This document shows, piece after piece, positions 1 to 11,731 of a stretch of 64,000 nucleotides of DNA (within the stretch, counting starts at the first letter, position 1; the number at the start of each line of letters is the position of its first letter). The notes beneath the pieces were generated by a model. The model was given only the letters and a program-made list of their open reading frames with translations. It did no database searches and was not told the origin of the DNA. A program made the translations under genes and the position numbers. Origin of the DNA: Lacticaseibacillus nasuensis JCM 17158 (GTDB lineage Bacteria; Bacillota; Bacilli; Lactobacillales; Lactobacillaceae); assembly GCF_001434705.1 (NCBI RefSeq), contig NZ_AZDJ01000013.1, positions 140,542 to 204,541 on the forward strand, read 5' to 3'.

Positions 1-2
1 TC

Positions 3-185
3 GAGCCGCTACCGACTAACGACCCGCTGTGGCGCCTGCCGAATGTGCTCATCACGCCCCACCTGTCGGGCACGGTGCCCAACCTGCGCCACCGAGTCTT
101 CGAGATCTTCTGGCCAAACTTGTTGAGCATTGCCAAGGGCGGCCCCCTGGTGAAAAACCAGGTCGATTTATCCTTGGGCTACTGA
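3..185 (+). CDS. 3' fragment of a D-isomer-specific 2-hydroxyacid dehydrogenase family protein (start lies upstream of window)
   Basis: Frame-3 translation without start: ...DPLWRLPNVLITPHLSGTVPNLRHRVFEIFWPNLLSIAKGGPLVKNQVDLSLGY*. The motif '[N]V[IL]ITPH[IL][SA]G[ST]' is the conserved C-terminal catalytic-His region of D-2-hydroxyacid dehydrogenases. TGA at 183-185. Confidence 0.55.
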   Translation, partial: EPLPTNDPLWRLPNVLITPHLSGTVPNLRHRVFEIFWPNLLSIAKGGPLVKNQVDLSLGY

Positions 186-253
186 CTTTTGGGCCTGCGC
201 CGGGTATACTGAGCATGTAATCGGTTGCACCGGCACAGGAAAGGAAGATGCTC

Positions 254-481
254 ATGGCTCAACGCACCACTGAAATCATCAGCATACTGGAAGATGCCTT
301 ACTCACCAAGCGACCCGTCCAGATTCACACGATTGACAAACGCAAGCTGCATGGCGTGATCGACGCCATCACGCCAGGGCAGGTGAAGCCCTACGCGGAT
401 CGCAGCACCGTGACCATCACCACGGCCAAAGGGGAGACGCGCGTGCAGGAGTACGCCATCGCCAAAATCGCCTGGGCGTAA
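254..481 (+). CDS. small Sm-like (Hfq-like?) beta-rich protein, 75 aa
   Basis: RBS aaaggaag 6 nt before ATG254. MAQRTTEIISILEDALLTKRPVQIHTIDKRKLHGVIDAIT...TVTITTAKGETRVQEYAIAKI. Hydrophobic/Gly pattern and a C-terminal 'x-Y-A-I-A' segment resemble the Sm1/Sm2 (YKHAI) motifs of Hfq, but divergent. Confidence 0.5.
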   Translation: MAQRTTEIISILEDALLTKRPVQIHTIDKRKLHGVIDAITPGQVKPYADRSTVTITTAKGETRVQEYAIAKIAWA

Positions 482-485
482 GCCC

Positions 486-513
486 TTGCAATTTATATTG
501 TGAACAATATAAT
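486..513 (+). promoter_or_regulatory. sigma-A-type promoter TTGCAA-16nt-TATAAT for the cytochrome-b5-like gene, with a palindrome ATATTGTgaACAATAT in the spacer
   Basis: TTGCAA at 486-491, TATAAT at 508-513. A 7+7 perfect inverted repeat sits between -35 and -10 and is a possible operator. Confidence 0.4.
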
Positions 514-536
514 AGAAGCAAAAAGGAGGCGTGAGC

Positions 537-764
537 ATGGCAGACTTAACGCGTGAACAACTCGCCCAATACACCGGGCAAAACGGCCAACCGGCTTATG
601 TGGCCGTCGACGGCACGATTTATGACGTGACCAACGTCGGCCCTTGGGCAGGCGGCCAGCACCACGGCAACGTGGCGGGCCAAGACTTGTCTTCAGTTAT
701 TTTAAAGGCGCCGCACTTGAAGTCGGTGCTGCCAAAGCTCCCCGTCGTCGGGAAGCTCATTTAA
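537..764 (+). CDS. cytochrome b5-like heme/steroid-binding domain protein (75 aa)
   Basis: RBS aaggagg 7 nt upstream of ATG537. LTREQLAQYTGQNGQPAYVAVDGTIYDVT...WAGGQHHG..AGQDLS is typical of the cyt-b5 heme-binding fold. Confidence 0.7.
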   Translation: MADLTREQLAQYTGQNGQPAYVAVDGTIYDVTNVGPWAGGQHHGNVAGQDLSSVILKAPHLKSVLPKLPVVGKLI

Positions 765-776
765 CTGAATATCCTA

Positions 777-804
777 GGTCGAGCTGGGCTCGACCTTTTT
801 GTTT
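777..804 (+). terminator. rho-independent terminator after cyt-b5-like gene
   Basis: GGTCGAGC-tgg-GCTCGACC followed by TTTTTgTTT. Confidence 0.6.
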
Positions 805-852
805 GGCGTTTTGGCCCGGGGCCTGTATGCTAGGGAAAAAGGAGGGATCAAG

Positions 853-1530
853 ATGCCAGCGCCCATGACCCAGCAGGCGAGTGCCGCGCGGGACCGCCAG
901 ATTCTGGCGGCCGCACATCACCTGTTGACCAGCCTGCCTTACGCCACCATTTCCATGCCGCGCCTCGAAGCGGCCAGCGGCTTGACTAGCCGCTCGATTC
1001 GCCGGCAGTTTCCCAACAAGGCGGCGATTTTTGCCGCGCTCACCGTGCAGGAATTCGACCGGTACTGCCAGGCGTTGGTGACGGCCATGGTGCCGTTTCG
1101 CCCCGAGCCTTTGCGGCAGTTTCTGATTCGCTACGCCACTGCCGAGCCGGTGTTTTTGCATTTGCTTAACGCCTTGGCGCCGAATATCTTGCCCGCGCTG
1201 CACGGGCGGGTGCGGCAAGCCACCGACCGCCAGCTCACCGCCACGATTGAAGCCACCGCCACCACGCTGGACAACGGGGTAAGCTTTTTCCTGCCTGGCG
1301 ACGGCCGGCGCTTCGTGTTGCTGAGTAGTCGCGTGTTGGCCGCGTGCTTTGATGGCGGCAGCGACCCGACTCAGCCGGCCTTGACGGTGACCGGCTTGCA
1401 AACCGATCCGGCTGGCGCCACCCAATTTATTCTCGCGGCCGTCGCCGGCATGCGCGTTCAGGCCACCACTCGCCAAGCCGCCCGCAAACCTGATCGCTGG
1501 GGCAACGCCGTGGTGCCAAAAATCAATTAA
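853..1530 (+). CDS. TetR/AcrR-family transcriptional regulator
   Basis: RBS aaaaaggaggg then ATG853. The N-terminal HTH region (RDRQILAAAHHLLTSLPYATISMPRLEAASGLTSRSIRRQFPNKAAIF) matches the TetR fold. The overlapping minus-strand ORF 757-1590 was judged a GC shadow. Confidence 0.65.
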   Translation: MPAPMTQQASAARDRQILAAAHHLLTSLPYATISMPRLEAASGLTSRSIRRQFPNKAAIFAALTVQEFDRYCQALVTAMVPFRPEPLRQFLIRYATAEPVFLHLLNALAPNILPALHGRVRQATDRQLTATIEATATTLDNGVSFFLPGDGRRFVLLSSRVLAACFDGGSDPTQPALTVTGLQTDPAGATQFILAAVAGMRVQATTRQAARKPDRWGNAVVPKIN

Positions 1531-1935
1531 TGCCCACCTTGTGCGCGGGCAAAATCGCGTGAATAAAAAGTGAATGAACAAGCTGGGCACTTTGATTTTT
1601 ATGCAGAAATTGCGGGTTTGCCAAGCCCGGGCGCACCGCGAAATAATCGCGCCAAGCCAAGGGCGCCAGGCGGTTTCGCGACTGCCGGCGAAAAATGACG
1701 CGCATTCTGACGCTGAATATGGCCGGTGGCCGGATAATCATGCGACTTCCCGCGCCAATCACGGGGGTAATTTTCGACGCCAACGCCGCTAAGCCTTGCG
1801 CGCCAAGGGTTAACCAGCAATATAGCCGGTAGGTTTTCGCTTGGCAAATCGCAATTTTTGTTCATGAATCGTGCACACGGGCGACGATTCGTGAACACTT
1901 TTTTTGCGCGCGGCTGCCGTCAATTTCGCCTTAGT

Positions 1936-1965
1936 TTGACAAAGCGCAAACCCCTAGCGTACATT
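1936..1965 (+). promoter_or_regulatory. candidate topA promoter (TTGACA-17/18-TACATT)
   Basis: TTGACA at 1936-1941; -10-like gTACATt at 1959-1965; about 45 nt upstream of topA ATG. Confidence 0.35.
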
Positions 1966-2009
1966 TACTAGTGTTTTCGAGCAGCTTGCTCAGTGAAAGG
2001 AGGGCGTCC

Positions 2010-4094
2010 ATGACCGCCAAGAATCTGGTCATTGTGGAATCGCCAGCAAAAGCAAAAACCATAGAAAAATACCTCGGCCGCAATTACAAGGTCGTCGCTA
2101 GCCTCGGGCACATTCGAGACTTGCCGAAAAGTCAAATGGGGGTGGACATCGAGCACAACTATGAGCCTAAGTACATCTCCATTCGCGGCAAAGGCGACGT
2201 CATCAAGGACCTGAAGAAAAACGCCAAAAAAGCCGAGCACATTTACCTCGCGGCTGACCCGGACCGCGAAGGGGAGGCCATTGCGTGGCACGTCAGCCAC
2301 ATCTTGGACCTCGACCCCAAAGCCAAGAACCGGGTGGTGTTCAACGAAATCACCAAAGATGCCGTCAAGAATGCCTTCAAGACCCCGCGCAGCATCGACA
2401 TGAACCTCGTCGACGCCCAGCAGGCGCGGCGGATTCTCGACCGGCTGGTGGGCTATTCCATCAGTCCATTACTATGGAAGAAAGTGAAAAAAGGCCTCAG
2501 CGCCGGGCGCGTGCAGTCCGTCGCCTTGAAGCTGATCATCGACCGGGAAAACGAGATTCGCCACTTTACCCCGGAGGAATACTGGTCCTTAGACGCGGAG
2601 TTTCAAAAAGGCCGCGGCAAGAAATTCGGCGCCAGCTTCTATGGCACGCACGGCAAGAAGCTGCCGTTGCCGAACAACGACAAGGTGCAGGAAATCCTGC
2701 GCCAAATCGACAAGACCAAGCCGTTTACCATCACCAACGTGGTGAAAAAAGAGCGCAAGCGCTATCCGGCGCCGCCGTTTACCACCAGCTCCTTGCAACA
2801 AGAGGCCAATCGGAAGCTCGGCTACCCGACACGCAAGACGATGATGCTGGCCCAGCAGCTGTACGAAGGCATTAACCTCGGCGGCAAGCTCGGCACCGTC
2901 GGCTTGATCACTTACATGCGGACGGACTCGACCCGGGTTTCCAGCGTGGCTAAGGCCGAAACCAGCCAGTTTATCCACGAGCATTACGGCGAGCCCTATG
3001 CCGCGGTGAAGATTCGCCAAGGCAAGCTGCAAGAAGGCGCCCAAGACGCCCATGAAGCGATTCGCCCCAGCAGCACCAACCGCACACCGGAGCAAATGGC
3101 CAAGGTCTTGACCAAGGACCAGTTGCGCTTGTACCAACTGATTTGGAGCCGCTTTGTCGCCAGCGAAATGACGCCGGCGGTGATCGACACCGTGCAGCTG
3201 ACCATCGAGCAAGGCGCCGTGACCTTCCGCGCCAACGGGAGCCAAACCAAGTTCGCGGGCTTTACCAAGCTGTATGTCTCCAGCCGCGACGAAGCGGCCA
3301 AGGACAACCTGCTGCCGGAGCTGGCCATCGGTGACGCCGTGAAGCTCACCAAAACCGATCCGGCGCAGCATTTCACCCAGCCGCCTGCGCGCTATTCCGA
3401 AGCCAACTTGGTCAAGGCGCTGGAAGAAAACGGCGTCGGCCGGCCGTCGACCTACGCGCCGACCATCGAAACCATCAAGAAGCGCTACTACGTGAAGCTC
3501 ACCGCCAAGCGCTTTGAGCCGACGGAACTCGGCGAAATCGTCAACGACTTGATCACCGAGTTCTTCCCGGACATCGTCAACATCAAGTTCACCGCCAATG
3601 TCGAAGGAGAGCTCGACGGCATCGAAACCGGCCAGGCCGACTGGGTCAAGATCATCGACCAGTTTTACCAGCCCTTCGCCAAGGAAGTCGCCCACGCCGA
3701 AACCGGCATCGAAAAGATTCAAATGAAGGACGAACCGGCCGGCTTCAACTGCGATATTTGCGGCGCGCCGATGGTGATCAAACTCGGCCGCTACGGCAAG
3801 TTCTACGCCTGCTCGCGCTTCCCGGATTGCCGCAACACTAAGGCCATCGTCAAGGAAATCGGCGTGATTTGCCCCAAGTGCGGCAAGGGCCAAATCGTCG
3901 AGCGCAAGAGCAAGCGCAACCGGACCTTTTACGGCTGCTCGCGCTATCCGGATTGCGACTTCGTGTCCTGGGATAAGCCGGTTGGCCGCGACTGCCCGGT
4001 TTGCCACCACTTCCTGGTGGAGAAGCGCTCGCGAGCCGGCGTGCAAGTCGTGTGCCCGAATAACGACTACAAAGAAGCGGTACAAAAAGCCTAA
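2010..4094 (+). CDS. topA: DNA topoisomerase I
   Basis: RBS gaaaggaggg; [23 protein letters not shown]...; TOPRIM domain, Tyr active-site region, and C-terminal zinc ribbons ([21 protein letters not shown]). Confidence 0.95.
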   Translation: MTAKNLVIVESPAKAKTIEKYLGRNYKVVASLGHIRDLPKSQMGVDIEHNYEPKYISIRGKGDVIKDLKKNAKKAEHIYLAADPDREGEAIAWHVSHILDLDPKAKNRVVFNEITKDAVKNAFKTPRSIDMNLVDAQQARRILDRLVGYSISPLLWKKVKKGLSAGRVQSVALKLIIDRENEIRHFTPEEYWSLDAEFQKGRGKKFGASFYGTHGKKLPLPNNDKVQEILRQIDKTKPFTITNVVKKERKRYPAPPFTTSSLQQEANRKLGYPTRKTMMLAQQLYEGINLGGKLGTVGLITYMRTDSTRVSSVAKAETSQFIHEHYGEPYAAVKIRQGKLQEGAQDAHEAIRPSSTNRTPEQMAKVLTKDQLRLYQLIWSRFVASEMTPAVIDTVQLTIEQGAVTFRANGSQTKFAGFTKLYVSSRDEAAKDNLLPELAIGDAVKLTKTDPAQHFTQPPARYSEANLVKALEENGVGRPSTYAPTIETIKKRYYVKLTAKRFEPTELGEIVNDLITEFFPDIVNIKFTANVEGELDGIETGQADWVKIIDQFYQPFAKEVAHAETGIEKIQMKDEPAGFNCDICGAPMVIKLGRYGKFYACSRFPDCRNTKAIVKEIGVICPKCGKGQIVERKSKRNRTFYGCSRYPDCDFVSWDKPVGRDCPVCHHFLVEKRSRAGVQVVCPNNDYKEAVQKA

Positions 4095-4118
4095 TCTGCA
4101 GCAACGGAGGAATTCGTC

Positions 4119-5447
4119 ATGCCTACAGTCAATGTGATCGGTGCCGGCCTGGCCGGCAGCGAAGCCGCGTGGCAAATCGCCAACGCCGGCGTCGATGTGA
4201 ACTTGTACGAAATGCGGCCGGTGGCCACGACCCCGGCGCATCACACCGCCAATTTTGCCGAGTTGGTGTGCACCAATTCGCTGCGCGCCAACCAGCTGTC
4301 AAACGCCGTGGGATTATTAAAAGAAGAAATGCGGCGCAGTCACTCGCTGATCATGGCCGCCGCCGACGCGACGGCCGTGCCGGCCGGCGGGGCACTGGCC
4401 GTCGACCGCGACTCGTTTTCGGCCTTGGTCACGCAGCGCTTGCAGGCGCATCCCCGCGTCACGGTGATCAACGAAGAACTGTCGGCGCTGCCCGCCGGCA
4501 TCACCGTCGTGGCCACCGGGCCGCTGACGGCGCCTGGCTTGGCCGACGCAATCGCTGAGCTAAACGGCGCGGCGGGGCTGCATTTCTACGACGCGGCGGC
4601 GCCGATTCTGGCCGCCGACAGCATCGATGAGTCGATTGTCTACAAGAAGTCGCGCTACGACCGCGGCGAGGCGGCCTACCTGAATTGCCCCATGACTAAG
4701 GCCGAGTTCTTGACGTTTTACGACGCCTTGATCCACGCCGAGGTCGCGGAGGGCCACGAGTTTGAAAAGCTTGACGTCTTTGAAGGCTGCATGCCAATTG
4801 AAGTGATGGCCAAGCGTGGCGTGCAAACCATGCTGTTTGGCCCGCTGAAGCCGGTGGGGTTGGCCGATCCGCGCACCGGGCGAGAACCGTTTGCCGTGGT
4901 GCAGCTGCGCCAAGACAACGCCGCCGGCAGCCTCTACAACATTGTCGGCTTCCAGACGCACCTGAAGTGGGGCGAGCAGCGGCGGGTCTTTTCGCTGATT
5001 CCGGGGCTGGCGCATTTGAACATCGTGCGGTATGGCGTGATGCACCGCAACACCTTCATGAACTCGCCGAGCGTGTTGCTGCCGACTTATGCCAGCAAGC
5101 GCCGCGCGGACTTATTCTTCGCCGGGCAAATGACCGGCGTGGAAGGCTACGTCGAATCTGCGGGTAGCGGCTTAGTCGCCGGCATCAACGCCGCGCGCCT
5201 GGCGCAAGGCCGTGAGCCCGTTTCGTTTCCGCCAGCCACGCAGCTCGGGGCGATGGCAAATTACATCACCCACGCATCGCCGCAGCATTTTCAACCGATG
5301 AACGCCAACTTTGGCATCATGCCGGGGTTGGGTGAAAAGAAGAAAACTAAGCAGCTGCGCAACCTCGCCATTGCCGATAAGGCCTTGGCGGCGCTGGCGG
5401 ACTTTCAGGCCAGCACGTTGACACCACCGGCGACAATGCTATACTGA
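4119..5447 (+). CDS. trmFO: methylenetetrahydrofolate--tRNA-(uracil54-C5)-methyltransferase TrmFO (Gid)
   Basis: [21 protein letters not shown]... FAD-binding GxGxxG; conserved topA-gid synteny of Firmicutes. Confidence 0.95.
   Translation: MPTVNVIGAGLAGSEAAWQIANAGVDVNLYEMRPVATTPAHHTANFAELVCTNSLRANQLSNAVGLLKEEMRRSHSLIMAAADATAVPAGGALAVDRDSFSALVTQRLQAHPRVTVINEELSALPAGITVVATGPLTAPGLADAIAELNGAAGLHFYDAAAPILAADSIDESIVYKKSRYDRGEAAYLNCPMTKAEFLTFYDALIHAEVAEGHEFEKLDVFEGCMPIEVMAKRGVQTMLFGPLKPVGLADPRTGREPFAVVQLRQDNAAGSLYNIVGFQTHLKWGEQRRVFSLIPGLAHLNIVRYGVMHRNTFMNSPSVLLPTYASKRRADLFFAGQMTGVEGYVESAGSGLVAGINAARLAQGREPVSFPPATQLGAMANYITHASPQHFQPMNANFGIMPGLGEKKKTKQLRNLAIADKALAALADFQASTLTPPATMLY
5418..5445 (+). 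promoter_or_regulatory. promoter of glyQS leader (TTGACA-16-TGcTATACT, extended -10), lying inside the 3' end of trmFO
   Basis: TTGACA at 5418-5423; TGcTATACT at 5437-5445. Confidence 0.5.
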
Positions 5448-5460
5448 AACAGAATTAAAT

Positions 5461-5650
5461 AGCGGTGCAGAGAAAAAGACTGATCAGGCAAGCAGCCAAG
5501 CGAGCGAGGGGTGGTGCAAGCCTCGTGTGTGAACCTGACCGGTGGCGTTTTTGAGCCAAGCAATGAAGTGCAAGTCTGCGGACTTGAATTAGGGTGGAAC
5601 CACGCGGAAGCGTCCCTATGCCAATTGGCGTAGTGAACGCTTCTTTTTTC
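5461..5650 (+). promoter_or_regulatory. T-box riboswitch leader (glycine-specific glyQS type) with intrinsic terminator
   Basis: Conserved T-box sequence AATTAGGGTGGAACCACGCGG at 5587-5607. Terminator GAAGCGT...ACGCTTC + TTTTTT at 5607-5649. Candidate GGC specifier near 5486. Immediately upstream of glyQ. Confidence 0.8.
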
Positions 5651-5672
5651 TGGCCGCATAAAGGAGAGCCAT

Positions 5673-6572
5673 ATGACCAACAAGATGGATATTCAAACCA
5701 TGATCCAGACACTGCAACACTTCTGGGCGGACAAGGGCTGCATGTTGATGCAGGCCTACGATACGGAAAAAGGGGCCGGGACGATGAGCCCGTATACCTT
5801 CCTGCGCGCCATCGGGCCGGAACCTTGGGCCGCGGCGTATGTCGAACCGTCGCGCCGGCCGGCAGACGGGCGCTACGGGGAAAACCCGAACCGGTTGTAC
5901 CAACACCACCAGTTTCAAGTCGTGATCAAGCCGTCGCCTAAGGAAGTCCAGCAATATTATTTGGATTCCCTGCGCGCGCTTGGCATCGAACCATTGGAAC
6001 ACGACATTCGCTTCGTCGAAGACAACTGGGAGAACCCGTCGATGGGTTGCGCCGGGGTCGGTTGGGAAGTCTGGCTGGACGGCATGGAAGTCACGCAGTT
6101 CACCTATTTTCAAGTCGTCGGCGGCTTGACCGTCAGCCCGGTGACCAGCGAAATCACCTACGGGGTGGAGCGGTTGGCCAGCTACATTCAAGACGTGCCG
6201 AGTGTCTTTGACCTGGACTGGGGCAACGGCGTGAAGTACGGCGACATCTTCAAGGAACCCGAATATGAGCACAGCAAGTACTCGTTTGAAGCCAGCGACC
6301 AAGACATGCTGTTGCGCTTCTTTGACGACTACGAAAAAGAGGCCTGGCGTCTGATGGACCTCGGGCTCGTGCACCCGGCGTATGACTATATCTTAAAGTG
6401 CAGCCACACCTTTAACCTGCTGGATGCCCGCGGGGTGGTCAGCGTCACCGAACGCGCCGGCTACCTCAGCCGCATTCGCAAGATGGCGCACAAGGTGGCG
6501 CGGGCCTTTGTCGAAGAGCGCAAGAAGCTCGGCTTCCCGTTGCTGGCTCACGCAGAAACCACGGAGGCGTAA
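5673..6572 (+). CDS. glyQ: glycine--tRNA ligase alpha subunit
   Basis: [52 protein letters not shown], highly conserved GlyQ. Confidence 0.95.
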   Translation: MTNKMDIQTMIQTLQHFWADKGCMLMQAYDTEKGAGTMSPYTFLRAIGPEPWAAAYVEPSRRPADGRYGENPNRLYQHHQFQVVIKPSPKEVQQYYLDSLRALGIEPLEHDIRFVEDNWENPSMGCAGVGWEVWLDGMEVTQFTYFQVVGGLTVSPVTSEITYGVERLASYIQDVPSVFDLDWGNGVKYGDIFKEPEYEHSKYSFEASDQDMLLRFFDDYEKEAWRLMDLGLVHPAYDYILKCSHTFNLLDARGVVSVTERAGYLSRIRKMAHKVARAFVEERKKLGFPLLAHAETTEA

Positions 6573-6574
6573 TC

Positions 6575-8635
6575 ATGGCCACATACTTAATCGAAATCGG
6601 CTTGGAAGACATGCCGGCGCACGTCGTCACCCCAAGCCTCACCCAATTTGCGACGAAAACCGCCGCTTATTTAACGGAAAATCACCTCGACCACGGCGCC
6701 ATCACCGCCTACGCGACGCCGCGCCGGCTGGCCTTATCCATTGCATCGGTCGCCGCCAAGCAGGCCGACACCGAGGAATGGGTCAAGGGCCCGGCCAAGA
6801 AAATCGCCCAGGATGCTGACGGCAACTGGACTAAGGCCGCCATCGGCTTTGCCCGCGGCCAAGGCATGACGCCTGATGACATCGAATTTCGGACCCTCAA
6901 AGGCGTCGAGTACGTCTACCTGCACAAGCAAACCAGCGGCCAAGCTGCCGCCACCGTGCTGAGCGGGTTGATCGATGTCGTCAAGGGGTTGACCTTCCCG
7001 ACGCGGATGAAGTGGGGCGACTTTAACTTCGAATACATTCGCCCGATTCACTGGCTGGTCAGCCTGTTAGATAGCGAAATCGTGCCGATGCAGCTGCTGG
7101 ATGTCACCGCCGGCCGCCGCACGCAAGGCCACCGCTTCTTGGGCCAGGCCGTCGACTTGGCGCAGGCCGACGACTACGCCGCGGCCTTGCTGGCGCAGTC
7201 GGTGATTGTCGACCCCGCCGCGCGCAAGCAGCGCATTCGCGAGCAAATTGCCGAGATCGCCGAGACCCACGATTGGGTCATCGACTTGGATCCGGATTTG
7301 CTGGAGGAAGTCACCAACCTGGTCGAATGGCCAACCGCCTTTGCCGGGAGCTTCGACGACCAGTACCTGGACATCCCCGAAGCCGTGCTGATCACCTCGA
7401 TGAAGGACAACCAGCGCTACTTCTACGTGCGCAATCACCAAGGGGCCTTGGTCAACGCCTTCATCGGCGTGCGCAACGGCAACAGCGCGTACTTAGGTAA
7501 CGTCGTGGCGGGGAACGAAAAAGTCCTCACCGCGCGCCTGGAAGACGCCGCGTTTTTCTACGCCGAAGACCAAAAGCTCACGTTAGCCGAATGGGTGGCG
7601 AAGCTGGACCACGTCAGCTTCCACGACAAAATCGGCTCGATGGCCGAAAAGATGCAGCGCGTGACGACGATTGCCGGCTTGCTGGCTGATCACGTCGGCT
7701 TAGCGGCAGATGCGCGCGCGGACTTGCTGCGGGCGGCCAGCCTGTATAAGTTTGACCTGGTGACCAACATGGTCGGCGAATTCGCCGAGCTGCAAGGCAC
7801 CATGGGCGGCGTGTACGCCAAGCTCGCTGGCGAAGCCGCCGGCGTGGTGACCGCCGTTGCCGAGCAGTACCGGCCAATTAGTGCCGATGGCGAGCTGCCG
7901 ACGACGCCGGTGGCGACGTTATTGGCGATTGCCGACAAGCTCGACAGCTTGATGACCTTTTTTGCCGTCGACTTGTTGCCCAGCGGCAGCAACGACCCGT
8001 ATGCCTTGCGCCGCCAAGCCTATGGCATCGTGCGCATGATTGCCGCGGCCGGCTGGTCATTTGACCTGGCCCAACTGCAGCCGCAAGTGGCCGCAGCGTT
8101 GGCCGCGGCCAAGCAAACCTTTGGGCTGAACTTTGCCGCCCACGCCGGCGACTTGACGGCCTTCATGCAAGACCGCGTCGCCCAATATCTGGCTGGCGAG
8201 CACCTGCGGCACGATGTCGTCGATGCCGCCAGCGCGGTGGGGGACGTCGCCGCCAGCATCAAGGCCGCGGAATTGCTGCAGGCCCACGCAGAAGATGCCG
8301 ACTTCAAGGCGACCATGGAAGCCCTCGGCCGCGTCGTGCGCATCGCCGACAAGACGCCGGTCACCGGCCTGGTCAGCCCGGCGCTGTTCGACAACGATTC
8401 GGAAGCGGCCTTGCATGACGCCGTGCAAAGCGTCCAAGCCGCCTTTACGCCGGCGCCTAGTGAGGCCAATTACCAGGCGCTACGCGGGTTAACCGCGCCA
8501 ATCACCACGTACTTTGAGGCCACGATGATCATGGCCGAAGACCCGGCGCAACGGCAAAACCGGCTGGCTCAGTTGACGCAATTGGCGAAGTTGATTCATC
8601 AGTTTGGCGACGTCACCGCCTTAATCGTGAAATAG
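6575..8635 (+). CDS. glyS: glycine--tRNA ligase beta subunit
   Basis: 686 aa; starts 3 nt after glyQ stop; MATYLIEIGLEDMPAHVV..., typical GlyS. Confidence 0.95.
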   Translation: MATYLIEIGLEDMPAHVVTPSLTQFATKTAAYLTENHLDHGAITAYATPRRLALSIASVAAKQADTEEWVKGPAKKIAQDADGNWTKAAIGFARGQGMTPDDIEFRTLKGVEYVYLHKQTSGQAAATVLSGLIDVVKGLTFPTRMKWGDFNFEYIRPIHWLVSLLDSEIVPMQLLDVTAGRRTQGHRFLGQAVDLAQADDYAAALLAQSVIVDPAARKQRIREQIAEIAETHDWVIDLDPDLLEEVTNLVEWPTAFAGSFDDQYLDIPEAVLITSMKDNQRYFYVRNHQGALVNAFIGVRNGNSAYLGNVVAGNEKVLTARLEDAAFFYAEDQKLTLAEWVAKLDHVSFHDKIGSMAEKMQRVTTIAGLLADHVGLAADARADLLRAASLYKFDLVTNMVGEFAELQGTMGGVYAKLAGEAAGVVTAVAEQYRPISADGELPTTPVATLLAIADKLDSLMTFFAVDLLPSGSNDPYALRRQAYGIVRMIAAAGWSFDLAQLQPQVAAALAAAKQTFGLNFAAHAGDLTAFMQDRVAQYLAGEHLRHDVVDAASAVGDVAASIKAAELLQAHAEDADFKATMEALGRVVRIADKTPVTGLVSPALFDNDSEAALHDAVQSVQAAFTPAPSEANYQALRGLTAPITTYFEATMIMAEDPAQRQNRLAQLTQLAKLIHQFGDVTALIVK

Positions 8636-8664
8636 TTGCAAAAATCGCGGAAACCGACTATACT
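8636..8664 (+). promoter_or_regulatory. promoter for dnaG-sigA (TTGCAA-17-TATACT)
   Basis: TTGCAA at 8636-8641, TATACT at 8659-8664, directly after glyS stop. Confidence 0.45.
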
Positions 8665-8707
8665 TTAGTTTGTGTTTTTACGCGCTAATTTTCGGTCGCG
8701 CTTCAAT

Positions 8708-10551
8708 ATGAGGGGCGGCTTTTGTGCCTTAAGGGGGGGAAGACCGATCGCAGCGATTCCTGAGGCCACCATCGACCAGGTGCGCAACAGCGTCAACATC
8801 GCCGATTATGTCGGCCAGTACGTGGCGTTGCACAAGGCCGGGCAGAACTTGTTTGGCATTTGTCCGTTTCACTCGGAGAACACCCCGTCGTTTTCGGTGA
8901 ATGAAAGTAAACAGATTTTCAAGTGCTTCTCTTGTGGGCGCGGCGGCAACGTGTTTAGCTTCGTCATGGACTACGACAAGCTGAGCTTCCCCGAAGCCGT
9001 GGCCAAGGTCGCCGAGTTCGCCCACATCCCGTTGAACGTCGACGTCGGGCCGACGCACCAAGACGACCCGGCCACCGCCCAGCAAAAAAAGCTACTGCAG
9101 GCGGTGGCCGATCTCGGCCACCACATTCTCGTCAACACGGAAAGCGGCACGGCGGCCTTGGCGTACTTGACCAAGCGCGGCTTGACCCGCCAGACGCTCG
9201 ACCATTTTGCCATCGGCTACCTGCCGGCGTCTAAGACGTTACTGAAGACGTTTCTTACCAACCAACACTATGACTACAACACCTTGCGCGACTCCGGCTT
9301 GTTCGTCGAATCGCAAGCAGGCGAACTGTTCGACCGGTTCAACGACCGGGTGATGTTTCCCTTGCGCAATGAGCACGGCGACGTGGTCGGTTTTTCCGGC
9401 CGGGTATTGGCCAATGGCGACGCGCAAGCGAAATATTTAAATAGTCCGGAAACAGCGCTGTTTGAAAAGTCGCGCGTGCTGTTCAACCTGGACGAAGCCG
9501 CCCGCGAGTTTAAAACGAGCGGTGGGGCGATTTTGTTTGAAGGGTTTATGGATGTGATCGCCGCCTATCAAGCCGGCGTGCCGAACGGGATCGCCTCGAT
9601 GGGCACCAGCCTCACCGCCACGCAGGTCGGCATCATTGCCCACCACACGCGGCAGGTCACGGTGTGCTACGACGGCGATAGCGCCGGCCAACACGCCACG
9701 GCGCGCGCCTTGGAGTTACTGGCGGCCCAGCCGCAGCTGAAGGTCAGCGTGGTGGTGCTGCCAGCCGGTCAAGACCCCGACGATTTTATCCAGAGCCACG
9801 AAGCCGGTGCCTTTGCCAAGCAGGTGCAATCTACACTGACGCCAATTAGTTTTCAGCTCCACTACCTGGCCCTTGATCGTGATTTGACCAACGACCAGGC
9901 AAAGCTCGACTACATTCAAGCCGCGCTGAAGGTGATCGCCGGCGAAGGCGACGCCGTGGCCCAATCGGTTTACTTAAGTCAGCTGGCGGAACGCACCGGC
10001 GTGGCGGTGACGGCCTTGCAGCAGTCGCTGCCCGCCGCGCGGCCGCAACCGGCCGCGGCGCCGCCTGTGCCTGATGACCAGGCCCCGGCGCCAGTCGCGC
10101 AAGCCGCGCCGGCCAACAAGTATGTCCGCGCCGAGCGCACGTTGTTGGCGCTAGCGTGGCGCGATCCGGAAATTGCCCGGGCGTTGCACCAACGCCAGAT
10201 TCAATTTCCCGATGCCGGTTACCAGGCGTTGTTTGACGCCTGGCTGGCCTACGCCAAAGCCAGCGCCGCACCGACGACCGCCGGGTACCTCGACACGTTG
10301 GCCCCGGAGTTGGTGGCGCAGGCCACCGACGTTGCGATGATGACCGTGCCCGAGCAAAGCGAGGCGGCCATCGCCGACATGTTTGACTTATTGGCCCACA
10401 GCGACGTGCAGGCGAAGTTACGCGCGGTGAAGCAGCAGCTGCATTCGGCCCAACAATTGGGCGACAAGCAGGCGGTGAGCGAGCTGGCCACGCAGTACCT
10501 CGAGTTAACGCGGCAGGCCAAGCAAATGACCCAGAATTCAGGAGGACAATC

Positions 10552-10555
<4 letters not shown>
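8708..10555 (+). CDS. dnaG: DNA primase
   Basis: CHC2 zinc finger [34 protein letters not shown]; TOPRIM; C-terminal helicase-binding domain. Exact start uncertain: ATG8708 lacks a good RBS, and an RBS aagggggggaag precedes a possible non-canonical start near 8741. Confidence 0.9.
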
Positions 10556-11688
<1,133 letters not shown>

Positions 11689-11696
11689 CCAAAATT

Positions 11697-11727
11697 GGCG
11701 CGCGGTTTTCCCGCGCGCCTTTGTTGT
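11697..11727. terminator. rho-independent terminator after sigA (convergent with small minus-strand gene)
   Basis: GGCGCGCGG-ttttc-CCGCGCGCC followed by TTTGTTGT. Confidence 0.75.
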
Positions 11728-11731
11728 GCCG

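Noticed and set aside
757-1590. 277-aa minus-strand ORF overlapping the TetR gene
   Set aside because: The plus-strand frame has a clear TetR HTH and an RBS; the minus-strand product is Gly/Arg/Ala low-complexity.
1574-1898. Small ORFs (72, 86, 99 aa) in the TetR-topA spacer
   Set aside because: No RBS, mutually overlapping on both strands, GC-biased composition.
1971-2009. Upstream in-frame extensions of track ORFs (topA 1971, epimerase 14798, hslV 13090, pflB 21504, parE 16827, pyrC, pyrP, degV, floA, nfeD, nif3, lspA etc.)
   Set aside because: Conserved N-termini and RBS positions support the internal starts given in the features. The extensions often overlap upstream genes.
2589-4244. 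551-aa minus-strand ORF antisense to topA
   Set aside because: GC-rich shadow ORF. Low-complexity Ala/Gly/Arg/Val composition, no RBS, fully overlaps a highly conserved gene.
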